DNA of 63,129 nucleotides, the filler included, from Nitrospiraceae bacterium (GTDB lineage: Bacteria; Nitrospirota; Nitrospiria; Nitrospirales; Nitrospiraceae): assembly GCA_037442105.1 (NCBI GenBank). It is 5 parts of 5 records of this genome, joined end to end, with 100 filler letters (N's around TTAATTAATTAA, not from the genome) between each part and the next. Parts side by side here need not be neighbours in the genome. Positions count along the whole stretch, not along the records: positions 15,491 to 29,365 come from JBBIQV010000051.1; positions 29,466 to 42,891 come from JBBIQV010000052.1; 3 more parts are not named here. The stretch is one strand, 5' to 3'. Of the stretch, positions 29,340 through 39,685 are shown one piece after another. The notes under the pieces were generated by a model. That model ran no database searches and was not told where the DNA came from. It saw only the letters and a program-made list of their open reading frames with translations. Every line of letters begins with the position of its first letter. The stretch's first letter is position 1. The position numbers and the translations under genes are program-made.

Positions 29340-29365
29340 GCCGAAGTGGCGGAACTGGCAGACGC
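29340..29365 (+). tRNA. tRNA 5' fragment, probably tRNA-Leu (cut by contig end)
   Basis: GCCGAAGTGGCGGAACTGGCAGACGC acceptor and D-arm; anticodon not visible. Confidence 0.7.
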
Positions 29366-29465
29366 NNNNNNNNNNNNNNNNNNNNNNNNNNNNNNNNNNN
29401 NNNNNNNNNTTAATTAATTAANNNNNNNNNNNNNNNNNNNNNNNNNNNNNNNNNNNNNNNNNNNN
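29366..29465. other. Artificial contig linker
   Basis: N-run with TTAATTAATTAA. Confidence 0.98.
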
Positions 29466-29557
29466 AGAGCCGGAGCGATCGACGCCAGGATCACTTTTAC
29501 AGGAAAAAAAGGACTTGACCCAACAATACCCCAACTAATTTTGCAGACGATATCCCT

Positions 29558-29947
29558 ATGAACGGCTCCGGCTACCAGATCACGCTCCGGAAACGCCCCT
29601 ACCTGTCGACTGAGCTGACCGCTGCTACCTTCCCGACCATCACCAGCCCGAACTCTGCCACTTTGACGAATGTGGGCCTCAACGGTGGCAATCTTACCGT
29701 CGCATGGACCCTTCCGGCTGGCCAACTGGCTAACGATGTCGAGTTTGTTCGGGGGACGGTCCCCACAAGCGGCGGGAGTACCACTTTTGATTACGTCAAT
29801 GTCGATCTCGAGACGACAGCAACAACAACATCCTTTGCGGTTTCGCCTCCTGGCACTGGACGGACCGTGCAGAGCACGGGGCTCAGCCTGGAAACGCAAG
29901 ACTCTTTTGGGCGAGCATTTAAGACGTGGGTTCCTATCGCTCCATAG
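29558..29947 (+). CDS. Probable C-terminal part of a Thr-rich beta-sandwich surface protein
   Basis: Thr/Ser/Gly-rich extracellular-type composition, near the contig start. Confidence 0.5.
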   Translation: MNGSGYQITLRKRPYLSTELTAATFPTITSPNSATLTNVGLNGGNLTVAWTLPAGQLANDVEFVRGTVPTSGGSTTFDYVNVDLETTATTTSFAVSPPGTGRTVQSTGLSLETQDSFGRAFKTWVPIAP

Positions 29948-30167
29948 AACCGGCCCTGTCTGTGGATGAGCAAGAGAGAGATTCTGATAGGAATGGGAAT
30001 GCTGACAGTTCCGTCGTAACTGGGCTGCGCCGCGTCTGGCTTGGCGCCCCCTCACAGGGGGCGCCCGGCCGCCGCATCTTTTGCATGGAACCATTGACAA
30101 GTTAGGAACATTTCATTATCTTCCGCGCACACGATCCGGTCTATTCTTATTGGCTCACGGGGGAATT

Positions 30168-31379
30168 ATGAAGAAGACTGCTTGTGTATTTGGTCTCACG
30201 TTGCTGTGTATTGCGGCGACTTCGTTTCCGGCTTCCGCCGTGGAATTCGCCGTTGTCGGCGCGCGGGCAGTCGGCATGGGCGGCGCCGGTGTGGCCGTGA
30301 CGACCGATGCCTATGCCACCTACTGGAACCCGGCCGGCTTAGCCATGACCAAGACCATCGACATCCGGGTGCAAGGCGCCGTCCAGTTGACGGATCGCCT
30401 GGGCATCGCCGACACGCTGAAAGACACGAATGACGTCCTGAACACAACTTTTGATCTCAATAATCCCACCACTGCTCGCGATCAGGTGCTCGCCGCGAAA
30501 GCCAAGCTCGATGCATTGGTCGCACGGATCAACCAGCCGGGGGCCTCGATCTCTGCAGCGGGCACTGCCGGCCTCTACTTCAAGGGCTACTGGGGCGACC
30601 ATGCCTTTGGTTTTAACGTCTCGGACGTGGCGACCGGTGGACTCTTTGTCCCGACTCGTTTGACTGCAGGATGTCAAGCTCGCGTCGCTACCAATGGGAT
30701 ATGTTCTGTTGGCACGTCGGAATCCCTCACAGTTAACGGCTCGCTTGCAGCCAATGCGTTGGAAGCCCGCCAGGCCGGCTTCTCCTATGCCTATGCGTTC
30801 GCCGATCGTACGTTCGCCATCGGAGCGACGGCAAAGCTCATTCAAGGCGTGGCGTACACAAACCGTGTGTCCGTTCAAGGATCGGAGGGTGACCTGGGCT
30901 TCACCAGCGACCTCGGTAAATCGAAAACCACCACAGCGTTGGGCATCGATCTCGGCGCACTCTATCGCCCGTCTTCCTGGTTGCGGGTCGGCGTCGTCGC
31001 GAAGGACATCAACCAACCGACGTTTGACGCTCCGGATGGTAGCCAATTTAAGCTCCTGCCGCAGGTGCGCGGTGGTATCGCAGTGAACCCTTATGAGTCG
31101 TTAACCATCACTGTGGACGGGGACATCACCAAGAACCAAACGCTGATCCCCGACATCAAGAGCCGCATGATCAGCGCCGGAGCGGAACAGACCATTTTGT
31201 CAGAATTTCTTTCGCTCCGCATCGGAGCGTTGAAGAACACGGCGGATGCCAACTCTATTTGGACGCCGACAGCCGGTTTCGGCTTGCGAGTCTTTGCCTT
31301 ACGCGTCGATCTTGGCGGCGGGTATGACTTCCGCGAGCGCGGCGCCCTGGCATCGGGATCGGTTTCGATGACGTTCTGA
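30168..31379 (+). CDS. Outer-membrane beta-barrel protein (TraF-like/FadL-like family)
   Basis: Signal peptide; GARAVGMGGAGVA...A.YWNPAGLA; terminal Phe. Confidence 0.8.
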   Translation: MKKTACVFGLTLLCIAATSFPASAVEFAVVGARAVGMGGAGVAVTTDAYATYWNPAGLAMTKTIDIRVQGAVQLTDRLGIADTLKDTNDVLNTTFDLNNPTTARDQVLAAKAKLDALVARINQPGASISAAGTAGLYFKGYWGDHAFGFNVSDVATGGLFVPTRLTAGCQARVATNGICSVGTSESLTVNGSLAANALEARQAGFSYAYAFADRTFAIGATAKLIQGVAYTNRVSVQGSEGDLGFTSDLGKSKTTTALGIDLGALYRPSSWLRVGVVAKDINQPTFDAPDGSQFKLLPQVRGGIAVNPYESLTITVDGDITKNQTLIPDIKSRMISAGAEQTILSEFLSLRIGALKNTADANSIWTPTAGFGLRVFALRVDLGGGYDFRERGALASGSVSMTF

Positions 31380-31419
31380 ATTGTCATGGGCTTTTGGCGA
31401 TCAACACATGAGGGGAACG

Positions 31420-32001
31420 ATGAAACATCTATCACGTTCTGTGCTACTTCTTGCGGTTGTGCTTTCCGGATGCGGTGGCTTGCAGGAAATGTGGGAGGGA
31501 CCGGGGGCCGAATCCTTCCATCCTAAGTCGATCGCCGTTCTCCCGCCCAATGTGGGCGAGTATGAAGCGGCACGAGATGAAGTTCAGGACGTCTTGGCCG
31601 CGATGCTCAGCAAGAGGGCCCACTATGAACGAGTGGTGAGCCCCGAGCAAATCACCACGACGTTTCAATCCTCGAAGGAAGCATTCGACTCATTGATCGC
31701 CTTCAACGGCAAACTGGACACCACCGGCCAACCGGACAAGGAGGCGGCCGTCAAGCTGGGGCAGGCGCTCAATGCCGATGCCTTGCTTGCCGTGAAGGTG
31801 AACTCCTGGCAACATATCCGCGTGGAGGGCGACAATCTCGCGAAGGTCGGGCTGGGATTCCGCTTGATCGACGCCAAGTCCGGCGCCGTGGTGTGGAAGG
31901 GCAGGCACCAACGAACCAAGAGCTACATGTTCTTCAAGCCCAGTCTTAAGGATGTTGCGTCGGATCTCGCCGAAGAAATGCTGAAATATATGCCGAAGTG
32001 A
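31420..32001 (+). CDS. Putative lipoprotein
   Basis: LSGC lipobox; SIAVLPP and LIDAKSGAVVW resemble CsgG/LpoB-like folds. Confidence 0.75.
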   Translation: MKHLSRSVLLLAVVLSGCGGLQEMWEGPGAESFHPKSIAVLPPNVGEYEAARDEVQDVLAAMLSKRAHYERVVSPEQITTTFQSSKEAFDSLIAFNGKLDTTGQPDKEAAVKLGQALNADALLAVKVNSWQHIRVEGDNLAKVGLGFRLIDAKSGAVVWKGRHQRTKSYMFFKPSLKDVASDLAEEMLKYMPK

Positions 32002-32012
32002 CGAGAGGCAAA

Positions 32013-32120
32013 GCGAATAGCTGATAGCTCTCGAACAGAAGCGAGTAGCTGATAGCGAACAGCGAATAGCTTAGAGTTCTTGCTACCGGCTACTCGCTGT
32101 TCGCTGCCGGCTACTTGCTA
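32013..32120. repeat. Inverted heptamer tandem repeats (GCGAATA/GCTGATA vs GCTACTC/GCTGTTC)
   Basis: Period-7 units between convergent stop codons. Confidence 0.75.
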
Positions 32121-32623
32121 GCCGGAGTCGTTCTCATAGCCGTTTTCAGCGAGCGCACGAAGTCCCCCACCCGCGCTGCCAACGACGAGTCCTGCTGGTA
32201 GTCTGCAATCTGCCGCACGATCGCGCTGCCGACGATCACGCCATCGGCCATCTGCGCCACGCGCGCAGCATCGTCGGGAGTTGCGACGCCGAATCCGACC
32301 GCGACAGGCACAGTCGTCACACGCCGGATTTTCGCCACATTGTGGCCGACATCCTGCACGTTGCTCAGCTTCGCTCCGGTNNNNNNNNNNNNNNNNNNNN
32401 NNNNNNNNNNNNNNNNNNNNNNNNNNNNNNNNNNNNNNNNNNNNNNNNNNNNNNNNNNNNNNNNNNNNNNNNNNNNNNNNGTCTCCTGAAGGGTCGGATC
32501 ACCGGCCATGATATAGGCGATCAAGGCCTTTTCGCCGTGGGCACGCAACTGCTCGAACCTCGCATCGATGCGATGCTCGATTCTGGCTGCCAGTTCTCCG
32601 AGGGGTTTCGCCTCACGCCTCAC
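32111..32623 (-). CDS. trpA: Tryptophan synthase alpha chain (contains a 100-N scaffold gap)
   Basis: ALIAYIMAGDP, VAVGFGV, ADGVIVGSA. Confidence 0.9.
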   Translation of the reverse strand: MRREAKPLGELAARIEHRIDARFEQLRAHGEKALIAYIMAGDPTLQEXXXXXXXXXXXXXXXXXXXXXXXXXXXXXXXXXXTGAKLSNVQDVGHNVAKIRRVTTVPVAVGFGVATPDDAARVAQMADGVIVGSAIVRQIADYQQDSSLAARVGDFVRSLKTAMRTTPASK

Positions 32624-32647
32624 GTTTCACGCCTCACGGCCGAGGGG

Positions 32648-33841
32648 TCACAGGGTGACCCCTCGGATTCTGGCTACCTGTTGGACATCCTTGTCCCCGC
32701 GGCCGGAGAGATTCACGATCACGACCTGATTCTTTCTCAAGGTTGGCGCGAGCTTCACGACTTCGGCGATTGCGTGGGCGCTTTCGAGTGCCGGCGTGAT
32801 TCCCTCTTCACGCGCCAACAGGTCGAAGGCCGCCAGCGATTCCTCGTCCGTGGCCGAAGTATATTGAATTCGTCCGATTTCTTTGTAGTAGCTGTGTTCC
32901 GGCCCGACGGCGGCATAGTCCAAGCCGGCGGAGACAGAATGGGTCAGATTGACCTGGCCGTTCTCATCTTGGAGGAGATACGTCATCGTGCCCTGGAGCA
33001 CGCCTGGTTTCCCTCCTGAGAAGCGGGCCGCATGTTTCCCGCTGGCGATCCCGAGGCCTCCGGCTTCTACTCCGATCATCTTGACCTTGTGGTCTCCGAT
33101 GAAGGCATGGAAGAGGCCGATGGAATTGCTGCCGCCGCCGACACAAGCCACGAGATAATCCGGCAGCTTTCCCTCTGCGCCGAGCACCTGCCGTCTGGCC
33201 TCGCGTCCGATCACCGCCTGAAAGTCCCGGATCATCATGGGATAGGGATGGGCGCCGAGCACGGAACCGAGCACGTAATGGGTTGTGCGCACATTCGTCG
33301 TCCAGTCCCGCATCGCTTCGCTGATCGCGTCTTTCAACGTGCGGCTGCCGGCATCGACGCCCGTCACGGTCGAACCGAGGAGTCGCATGCGGAAGACGTT
33401 CAGCGCCTGGCGCTGCATGTCCTCCGTGCCCATATAGATCTCGCATTGGAGACCGAACATGGCCGCCACTGTCGCGCAGGCCACGCCGTGCTGGCCGGCA
33501 CCCGTTTCGGCGATGATCCGAGGCTTCTTCATGCGCCGCGCAAGCAGCGCCTGCCCGATGGAGTTGTTGATCTTATGTGCACCCGTGTGACAGAGGTCTT
33601 CGCGTTTCAGATAAATCTTGGCGCCGCCGAGCTTGCGGGTGAGTCGTTCGGCGAAGTAGAGCGGGGTCGGGCGGCCGACATACTGTTTCAGGTAATAATT
33701 CAGTTCCGCCTGAAACCGGCGATCCTGGCGGATCGCCAGATAGGCCTGTTCCAGCTCGAGCAGGGCCGGCATGAGCGTCTCAGGCACATAGCGGCCGCCA
33801 TACTGGCCGAAACGTCCGCGTTTGTCGGGTAATGAGGTCAT
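32648..33841 (-). CDS. trpB: Tryptophan synthase beta chain
   Basis: [31 protein letters not shown]. Confidence 0.98.
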   Translation of the reverse strand: MTSLPDKRGRFGQYGGRYVPETLMPALLELEQAYLAIRQDRRFQAELNYYLKQYVGRPTPLYFAERLTRKLGGAKIYLKREDLCHTGAHKINNSIGQALLARRMKKPRIIAETGAGQHGVACATVAAMFGLQCEIYMGTEDMQRQALNVFRMRLLGSTVTGVDAGSRTLKDAISEAMRDWTTNVRTTHYVLGSVLGAHPYPMMIRDFQAVIGREARRQVLGAEGKLPDYLVACVGGGSNSIGLFHAFIGDHKVKMIGVEAGGLGIASGKHAARFSGGKPGVLQGTMTYLLQDENGQVNLTHSVSAGLDYAAVGPEHSYYKEIGRIQYTSATDEESLAAFDLLAREEGITPALESAHAIAEVVKLAPTLRKNQVVIVNLSGRGDKDVQQVARIRGVTL

Positions 33842-33845
33842 TGTC

Positions 33846-33911
33846 GCTATTAGCTATCAGCTATCAGCCGTCAGCTCAGGGTCTTCATGCTGAAAGCTGA
33901 TGGCTGATAGC
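33846..33911. repeat. Inverted heptamer tandem repeats (GCTATCA / GCTGATA)
   Basis: GCTATTA GCTATCA GCTATCA GCCGTCA ... GCTGAAA GCTGATG GCTGATA. Confidence 0.75.
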
Positions 33912-33945
33912 GCTTGGCAGTTTTGGGGCAGTATAGACGGGCGAC

Positions 33946-34584
33946 CTACGAGGACACAAGCCTGACCGCTCGGATGAAGGACCGGATTTTCTCGTGGTCT
34001 TTCTTGCCGGGACCTGCCTCGACCCCGCTACTGACGTCCACCCCATAAGGCCGGACTTTTTGCACTGCCTCTCCGACATTCTCAGGAGTCAGTCCGCCGG
34101 CCAAGAGAATCCTGGACGCCCTCGCAACCTCTGCCGCCAGTCCCCAATCCACGACTTGACCGGTCCCGCCATAGGCCTCGGTCGAGAAGGCATCGACGAC
34201 AAATCCGCGCACGCCTGCGCGTCCTTGATACTCGGCCAGTGCCGGCAACGAGGCTCGATCACGGAGACGGATCGCTTTCAAGGCCGGTCGTCCCAAGGTT
34301 TCGCAGTATGAGGCGGTCTCATCCCCGTGTAACTGCGCCATTGCCAGGCCACACACATCCATCAGGTCACGCACCACCTTCGCCTCTTCGTTCACGAAGA
34401 CGCCCACCGGGACCACAAAAGGCGGAAGACTTGCGACGATCCCCTTCGCCACCGTTGGTTCCACATAGCGCGGGCTGCGTCGATAGAACACGAACCCCAG
34501 CGCATCGGCGCCGGCATCCACCGCGGCGGTGGCATCTTCGATATTCGTGATGCCACAAATCTTGATCTTGAGCGTGCTTCCCAT
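33946..34584 (-). CDS. trpF: Phosphoribosylanthranilate isomerase
   Basis: KICGIT, QLHGDE, GGTG, LAGGL, DVSSGVE. Confidence 0.96.
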   Translation of the reverse strand: MGSTLKIKICGITNIEDATAAVDAGADALGFVFYRRSPRYVEPTVAKGIVASLPPFVVPVGVFVNEEAKVVRDLMDVCGLAMAQLHGDETASYCETLGRPALKAIRLRDRASLPALAEYQGRAGVRGFVVDAFSTEAYGGTGQVVDWGLAAEVARASRILLAGGLTPENVGEAVQKVRPYGVDVSSGVEAGPGKKDHEKIRSFIRAVRLVSS

Positions 34585-34589
34585 TGCTC

Positions 34590-35414
34590 CTATGAGATGG
34601 CCGGTTGCCCAGGAACGCCGAGCAGTTCGCGAATCTTTGCCCCAATGTCCTGGGCACGGATCAGCGATTCCCCGATCAACATGGCGTGCACTCCTGCTTC
34701 GATCAAACGAAGGACATCGTCCCGCTTGTGAATGCCGCTTTCGCTGACGATCAGCTTGTCGGACGGAATTCGCTTGGCCAGGCGCAAGGTCACGCCCAGA
34801 TCGGTTGAAAATGTTTTCAGGTCCCGGTTGTTGATGCCGATGAGCCGGACATCGGGCAGCCAGTCGAGAACCCTGTCGAGCTCCCGTTCGTGATGTGTTT
34901 CCACGAGTACGTCCAGCGACAGTTCTTTCGCCAAGGCGGCAAAATCGACAAGCTGTCGTCGTTCCAACGCGGCGACAATCAGCAGGACCGCATCTGCACC
35001 GTTGGCTCTGGCTTCATAGAATTGAATCTCCCCCACCATGAATTCTTTATTCAACGCCGGCAGTCCGACCTTTTGCTTGATCTCGCGCAGGTAATCGAGG
35101 CTCCCTTGGAAGAAGTCTTTATCGGTCAGGACCGACAGGGCCGAGGCGCCATGTTCACTATAGGCCTGGGCAATCCCGATATAGTCAAAGCGCTCTTCAA
35201 ACTCCTCGCGCAAGAACCCCAAGCTGGGAGATGCCTTCTTCACCTCCGCAATTAACGCGGGCGTGGACGGCGATCGCGTTGCATCGAGCGTGACGGCAAA
35301 TCCAAGGGGGGGGCCGACATCGCGAATCCTCGCCTTGAGCTCGGCCAGATAGCCGCGACTCTGCTTGTGCCGCAACTCCGCCTTCTTGTGTTCGATGATG
35401 CGATCGAGGATCAT
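34590..35414 (-). CDS. trpC: Indole-3-glycerol phosphate synthase
   Basis: IAEVKKASPS, SVLTD..FFQGS, GINNRDL, SESGI. Confidence 0.96.
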   Translation of the reverse strand: MILDRIIEHKKAELRHKQSRGYLAELKARIRDVGPPLGFAVTLDATRSPSTPALIAEVKKASPSLGFLREEFEERFDYIGIAQAYSEHGASALSVLTDKDFFQGSLDYLREIKQKVGLPALNKEFMVGEIQFYEARANGADAVLLIVAALERRQLVDFAALAKELSLDVLVETHHERELDRVLDWLPDVRLIGINNRDLKTFSTDLGVTLRLAKRIPSDKLIVSESGIHKRDDVLRLIEAGVHAMLIGESLIRAQDIGAKIRELLGVPGQPAIS

Positions 35415-35490
35415 CGTGATCCGTCACCCGTCATTCGTCAACCGTGACTGAATGATCTATCAAAACTCCTCGTCCGCATGACGATTGACG

Positions 35491-36501
35491 CTACTTGTTC
35501 GTAAACGCGATCAGCCGCTCCAACTTTTCTGCAGCCGCTCCCTGGTCGATGACGCGGCCGGCCAGATGCAGACCTTCTTGCAAGGTCTTGGCCTTTCGCC
35601 CTGCAACCAAAGCCGGTGCCGCGTTCAAGCAGACGATGTCGCGCTTGGGCCCCTTGTGTCCCTGAAGAATGTCTCGGGTGATCTGCGCATTCTCCTGTGC
35701 CGTGCCTCCCACGAGTTGCTTGATGTTCACACGGTGCAAGCCGAATTCTTCAGGACTCATGTAGTAACTCGACACGACGCCGGCCTTTCCCTCGGACACG
35801 CGCGTACGGTCCGTCAAAGTGATTTCGTCCAAGCCGTCCATCCCGTGCACGATGAAGCAATGTTGTGCCCCCAGATGCACCAAAACCTTGGCTAACAGTT
35901 CGGTTAATCCCGCGTCGTATACACCGATGACTTGATGCGTCGCACCGGCCGGATTCGTGAGGGGACCAAGGACATTCAGGAGCGTGCGGATGCCCATTTC
36001 TTGACGCGGTACCGCGCAGTGTTTCATGGCGCCGTGATAGAGCGGGGCAAAGAGGAAACCGATGCCGACCTCGTTGACACAGTCCGCGACACGTTCCGGA
36101 TCGAGGTCGATCTTCACGCCAAGGGCGGCCAACACATCCGCACTGCCCGACTTCGACGACACCGAGCGGTTTCCGTGTTTCGCTACCGTCAAGCCTGCCC
36201 CTGCCACGACGAACGCCGCCGTCGTAGAGATGTTAAACGTATTGGCGCGATCGCCTCCCGTGCCGCACGTGTCGAGAACCATCGGATCGCCGACTCTGAT
36301 CTTCGTCGCCTTGGACCGCATGGCCCTCACGGACCCCGCTATCTCATCGACGGTCTCGCCCTTCATCCGTAGCCCCATCAGATAGGCGGCAATCTGAGAC
36401 GGGGTGGCTTTCCCATCCATGATCTGGAGCATGACCTCTTCGGCGTCCTTCTCCGAGAGATCGGTCCTGTCGGCGAGTTTGGCAATGGCGTGTTTGATCA
36501 T
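35491..36501 (-). CDS. trpD: Anthranilate phosphoribosyltransferase
   Basis: DTCGTGGD, NIST, KHGNRS.SS.SGSAD. Confidence 0.97.
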   Translation of the reverse strand: MIKHAIAKLADRTDLSEKDAEEVMLQIMDGKATPSQIAAYLMGLRMKGETVDEIAGSVRAMRSKATKIRVGDPMVLDTCGTGGDRANTFNISTTAAFVVAGAGLTVAKHGNRSVSSKSGSADVLAALGVKIDLDPERVADCVNEVGIGFLFAPLYHGAMKHCAVPRQEMGIRTLLNVLGPLTNPAGATHQVIGVYDAGLTELLAKVLVHLGAQHCFIVHGMDGLDEITLTDRTRVSEGKAGVVSSYYMSPEEFGLHRVNIKQLVGGTAQENAQITRDILQGHKGPKRDIVCLNAAPALVAGRKAKTLQEGLHLAGRVIDQGAAAEKLERLIAFTNK

Positions 36502-36509
36502 GGAAATCA

Positions 36510-36667
36510 GCTAGCAGCGAACAGCTTCCGAAAAGGTGCGAACAGCCAATAGCGAACAGCGAAGAGCCGAAGCCAACAGCGCATAGCTCAGAAGTCCGTG
36601 CCGATAGCTGCTAGCTACCCGCTATTCGCTGTTAGCTTTTCATAGCTATTCGCTGCTCGCTATTCGC
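36510..36667. repeat. Inverted heptamer tandem repeats (GCGAACA / GCTATTC)
   Basis: Multiple period-7 units in the trpG-trpD spacer. Confidence 0.75.
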
Positions 36668-37230
36668 TAGAGTTTCAGGAAATTCCTCAGCAAATCCTTT
36701 CCCGCCACGGTGAGAATCGACTCCGGATGGAACTGTACGCCCTCGACGCCCAGGGTCCGATGGCGCAATCCCATGATCTCTCCCTCCGCTGTCTCTGCTG
36801 AGATTTCCAGGCAGCTCGGCAACGTGTCTCGCTGCACAATGAGCGAATGGTAGCGGGTGGCTTCGAACGGATTCGGGAGATTGTGAAAGATCGTCTTGCC
36901 GTCGTGCCGAATCATGGAGGTCTTGCCATGCATCAAGCGCGGTGCGCGGACGACTTCCCCGCCGAAGGCAGCAGCCAACGACTGATGGCCCAGGCACACC
37001 CCGAGGATCGGGATGCGGCCGGCAAACGTAAGGATCGTGTTCACCGAGACACCGGCTTCCTTCGGCGTGCAGGGACCAGGAGAAATCACAATGCGGTCGG
37101 GACGCAGCGTTTCGATCTCCTCGACAGTGATCTTGTTATTACGGTACACCCGCACATCCTCACCCAATTCTCCCAAATACTGAACCAGGTTGTAGGTAAA
37201 CGAGTCGTAGTTGTCGATCATTAGAAGCAT
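36667..37230 (-). CDS. trpG: Anthranilate synthase component II
   Basis: [26 protein letters not shown]. Confidence 0.95.
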   Translation of the reverse strand: MLLMIDNYDSFTYNLVQYLGELGEDVRVYRNNKITVEEIETLRPDRIVISPGPCTPKEAGVSVNTILTFAGRIPILGVCLGHQSLAAAFGGEVVRAPRLMHGKTSMIRHDGKTIFHNLPNPFEATRYHSLIVQRDTLPSCLEISAETAEGEIMGLRHRTLGVEGVQFHPESILTVAGKDLLRNFLKL

Positions 37231-37335
37231 GGCACCAGTCTCTAAGGTCTTCATGTCCAAAGTCATACAGTCGAATTCTTCAAACAGAAATTTCTTTGAC
37301 TTGAAGACTTGATGACTTTATGACTTTCGACGCCC

Positions 37336-38829
37336 CTATTCCAGTCCCCGTTCCGCCAATTCGATCGCATTCAACATCGCGCGGGCTTTGTTGCAGGTCT
37401 CTTCGTATTCCCGTTCCGGATCACTGTCGGCCACGATGCCGGCGCCGGCTTGGATGTAAGCGCGGCGGCCGTGGATCACCACCGTCCGGATGTTGATGCA
37501 CATGTCCATATTGCCGGAGAAACTGAAGTAGCCGACGGCACCGGCGTAAGGACCTCGTCGAGTCGGCTCCAACTCCTCAATAATCTCCATGGCGCGAATC
37601 TTGGGCGCGCCCGAAACCGTACCAGCCGGGAAACAGGCTTGGAGCACGTCGTAGGAGGTCCGGCCCTCTTCGAGATCGCCTGTCACGTGGGACACGATAT
37701 GCATGACGTGAGAGTAGCGTTCGATCTGCATAAGCGCATCGACCTTGACCGACCCCTTTTTCGCTACCCGGCCTACATCGTTTCGCCCGAGATCGACCAG
37801 CATGATGTGCTCAGCGCGTTCCTTTTTGTCGGCGAGCAACTCCTGCTCCATCTGCTGATCCTGCTCCGCCGTCTGGCCACGCCGGCGTGTTCCCGCGATG
37901 GGGCGCACCGAAATCTTGCCTTCCTCGCACCGAACCAAAATCTCCGGCGAAGATCCGACCAATTCCACGCCTGCCACGCGCAAATAGTACATGTACGGCG
38001 AGGGATTGATGACGCGAAGAGCGCGGTAGAGCTCGAACGACTTGGTCTGGATTCTCGTTTCCCACCGTTGCGAGAGCACGCCTTGGAAGATGTCGCCGGC
38101 CCGGATGTAGTCCTTCGTGCGCACGACCATCTTCTCGAAATCCGCGCGGCTCATGTTCGGGGTAAATGAGAGGGGCGTGTGGCGCCGCTTCTGGCGCGCA
38201 CGGCGGAGCGGGCGCTTCAGCCGAGCGATCATCGTTTCGATGCGGGCGGTCGCATCGGTATAGGCTTTGCGGACATCCCGATCGCGTAAGGACCTGACGT
38301 GAGCATTGGCGACGACTCTGATCTTCTGGGACACGTTGTCGAAAATGAGTAAGGTATCCGTCAGAAGAAACGCAAAATCCGGCACTCCGAGACCGTCCTT
38401 TCGCCGTACCGGCAGGTCTTCAAAGGTACGGACGATGTCGTAACCCAAGTACCCCACCGCGCCGCCGACAAAGCGGGGAAGGCCGGGCACCGTCACAGGC
38501 CGATACTCCTGCATCAACTCGCGCAGCCGCTCCAGGGGATTGCCGCGACTGGAAACCCGCTTCTCGCGCGAGCCTCGCGTGATCAGCAGATCCCCGCAGT
38601 CTTCTCGAATCACCACCGGCGAGCCGCTTCCCAGAAAAGAATATCTAGCCCAGTTCTCACCGCCTTCCACGCTTTCCAGGAGATACGCGGAGGGACCATG
38701 ATCGATCTTGGTGAAGGCGGACACCGGCGTCTCATAGTCGGCGAGGATTTCGCGGTAGAGGGGGATCAGGTTCCCTTCTTTCGCCAACGTCCGGAACTCG
38801 TCCAAGTTGAGTGAATACGACGACTTCAT
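37336..38829 (-). CDS. trpE: Anthranilate synthase component I
   Basis: LLESVE, NPSPYM, PIAGT, EHIMLVDLGRND, GTVSGAPK. Confidence 0.97.
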   Translation of the reverse strand: MKSSYSLNLDEFRTLAKEGNLIPLYREILADYETPVSAFTKIDHGPSAYLLESVEGGENWARYSFLGSGSPVVIREDCGDLLITRGSREKRVSSRGNPLERLRELMQEYRPVTVPGLPRFVGGAVGYLGYDIVRTFEDLPVRRKDGLGVPDFAFLLTDTLLIFDNVSQKIRVVANAHVRSLRDRDVRKAYTDATARIETMIARLKRPLRRARQKRRHTPLSFTPNMSRADFEKMVVRTKDYIRAGDIFQGVLSQRWETRIQTKSFELYRALRVINPSPYMYYLRVAGVELVGSSPEILVRCEEGKISVRPIAGTRRRGQTAEQDQQMEQELLADKKERAEHIMLVDLGRNDVGRVAKKGSVKVDALMQIERYSHVMHIVSHVTGDLEEGRTSYDVLQACFPAGTVSGAPKIRAMEIIEELEPTRRGPYAGAVGYFSFSGNMDMCINIRTVVIHGRRAYIQAGAGIVADSDPEREYEETCNKARAMLNAIELAERGLE

Positions 38830-38835
38830 ACTGGA

Positions 38836-39453
38836 TTATTCATGCCCAACAATCAGTTTTTGCCCGACTTCGATAATGTCGTCCGGCAGTTTGTTCCACT
38901 TTCTAATCTTGTCGACATCGACTCCATACTTGCGGCCGATGCGGAACAAGGTTTCGCCCGGTCGCACGATATGGATGGTGGGCGGCGACTTTTCCGGTAG
39001 CGGAGCCGCAGCCGCCACCGGCGTCTCGGTTTGGGGAGCCTCAGCGGGAAGCTCCGGCGTCAGGTCAGGCTTCTTGGCTTTGAGCAAAAGCTCCGATGTC
39101 CCCTTCATCTGCTCCTTGGCTTTACGTTCGAGAAGCGCCGCCTCCTTCATGGCTTGGGCCTCTTCCTGCGCGCGACCCATCTGTTCACGGACAGCTTGAA
39201 TCTGTGCGGTCAGTTCGCGATTGCGGGCTTCCATCTCTGCAAATTCCCGTTTGGTGCGCTTGACCTCGCTGTCCAACTCCGCAGTGCGTTTCTCCTCCTG
39301 GGCCAACAAACGCTGGAAGTTGAGGCTGCGCGCTTTTTCCGCCTCATATTTCTCGGCCATCACACAGCCACTGAGGAGGAGGCAACCCATAAGCACAGGC
39401 AACGTCCTTCTTATAAACCCCCTATCCGGACAATCCACCATCCGTGTCTCCAT
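38836..39453 (-). CDS. Coiled-coil lipoprotein with C-terminal LysM domain
   Basis: LSGC lipobox; HIVRPGETLFRIGRKYGV...WN...IEVGQKL. Confidence 0.85.
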   Translation of the reverse strand: METRMVDCPDRGFIRRTLPVLMGCLLLSGCVMAEKYEAEKARSLNFQRLLAQEEKRTAELDSEVKRTKREFAEMEARNRELTAQIQAVREQMGRAQEEAQAMKEAALLERKAKEQMKGTSELLLKAKKPDLTPELPAEAPQTETPVAAAAPLPEKSPPTIHIVRPGETLFRIGRKYGVDVDKIRKWNKLPDDIIEVGQKLIVGHE

Positions 39454-39485
39454 GTCCTTCCGATCCTCCCTCGCCTGAACATCCA

Positions 39486-39513
39486 CCTGTCTGCCGTGCT
39501 CGGCACAGGCAGG
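39486..39513. repeat. CCTG(T/C)CTG...CAGGCAGG short palindromic element
   Basis: CCTGTCTGCCGTGCTCGGCACAGGCAGG; same end type as the inserts at 44968 and 45985. Confidence 0.6.
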
Positions 39514-39685
39514 CGGTCGCAGCAGAAGCGATCATGAATAATCTAAGTTAGAATAGAGAGCACCGATGCGAAAGTCAAAGCGAAAGGAAGCACACCGGCG
39601 GTTTGACCCCTTCACTGCCCCTGTGCTACGGTTTTTTTCACGCTCCGCCGATGTGAGCTGAAACCCGACGAGTCTCTTGTTGCCC

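Noticed and set aside
15491..29365. tRNA halves at both ends of contig 2 as a split tRNA or attL/attR pair
   Set aside because: Acceptor stems do not pair (GCCGAAG vs CTCTCGC), so they are different tRNAs; the genes between are housekeeping and no integrase is present.
29466..29557. Possible frameshift near an A-run upstream of the 29558 ORF
   Set aside because: Within 100 bp of a contig start; more likely low-quality sequence than phase variation.
30168..31379. TraF-like gene as sign of a conjugative element
   Set aside because: No other tra, relaxase or T4SS genes; it is a stand-alone outer-membrane barrel beside housekeeping genes.
32381..32480. Apparently short trpA
   Set aside because: A 100-N placeholder gap hides the middle of the gene; not evidence of truncation.
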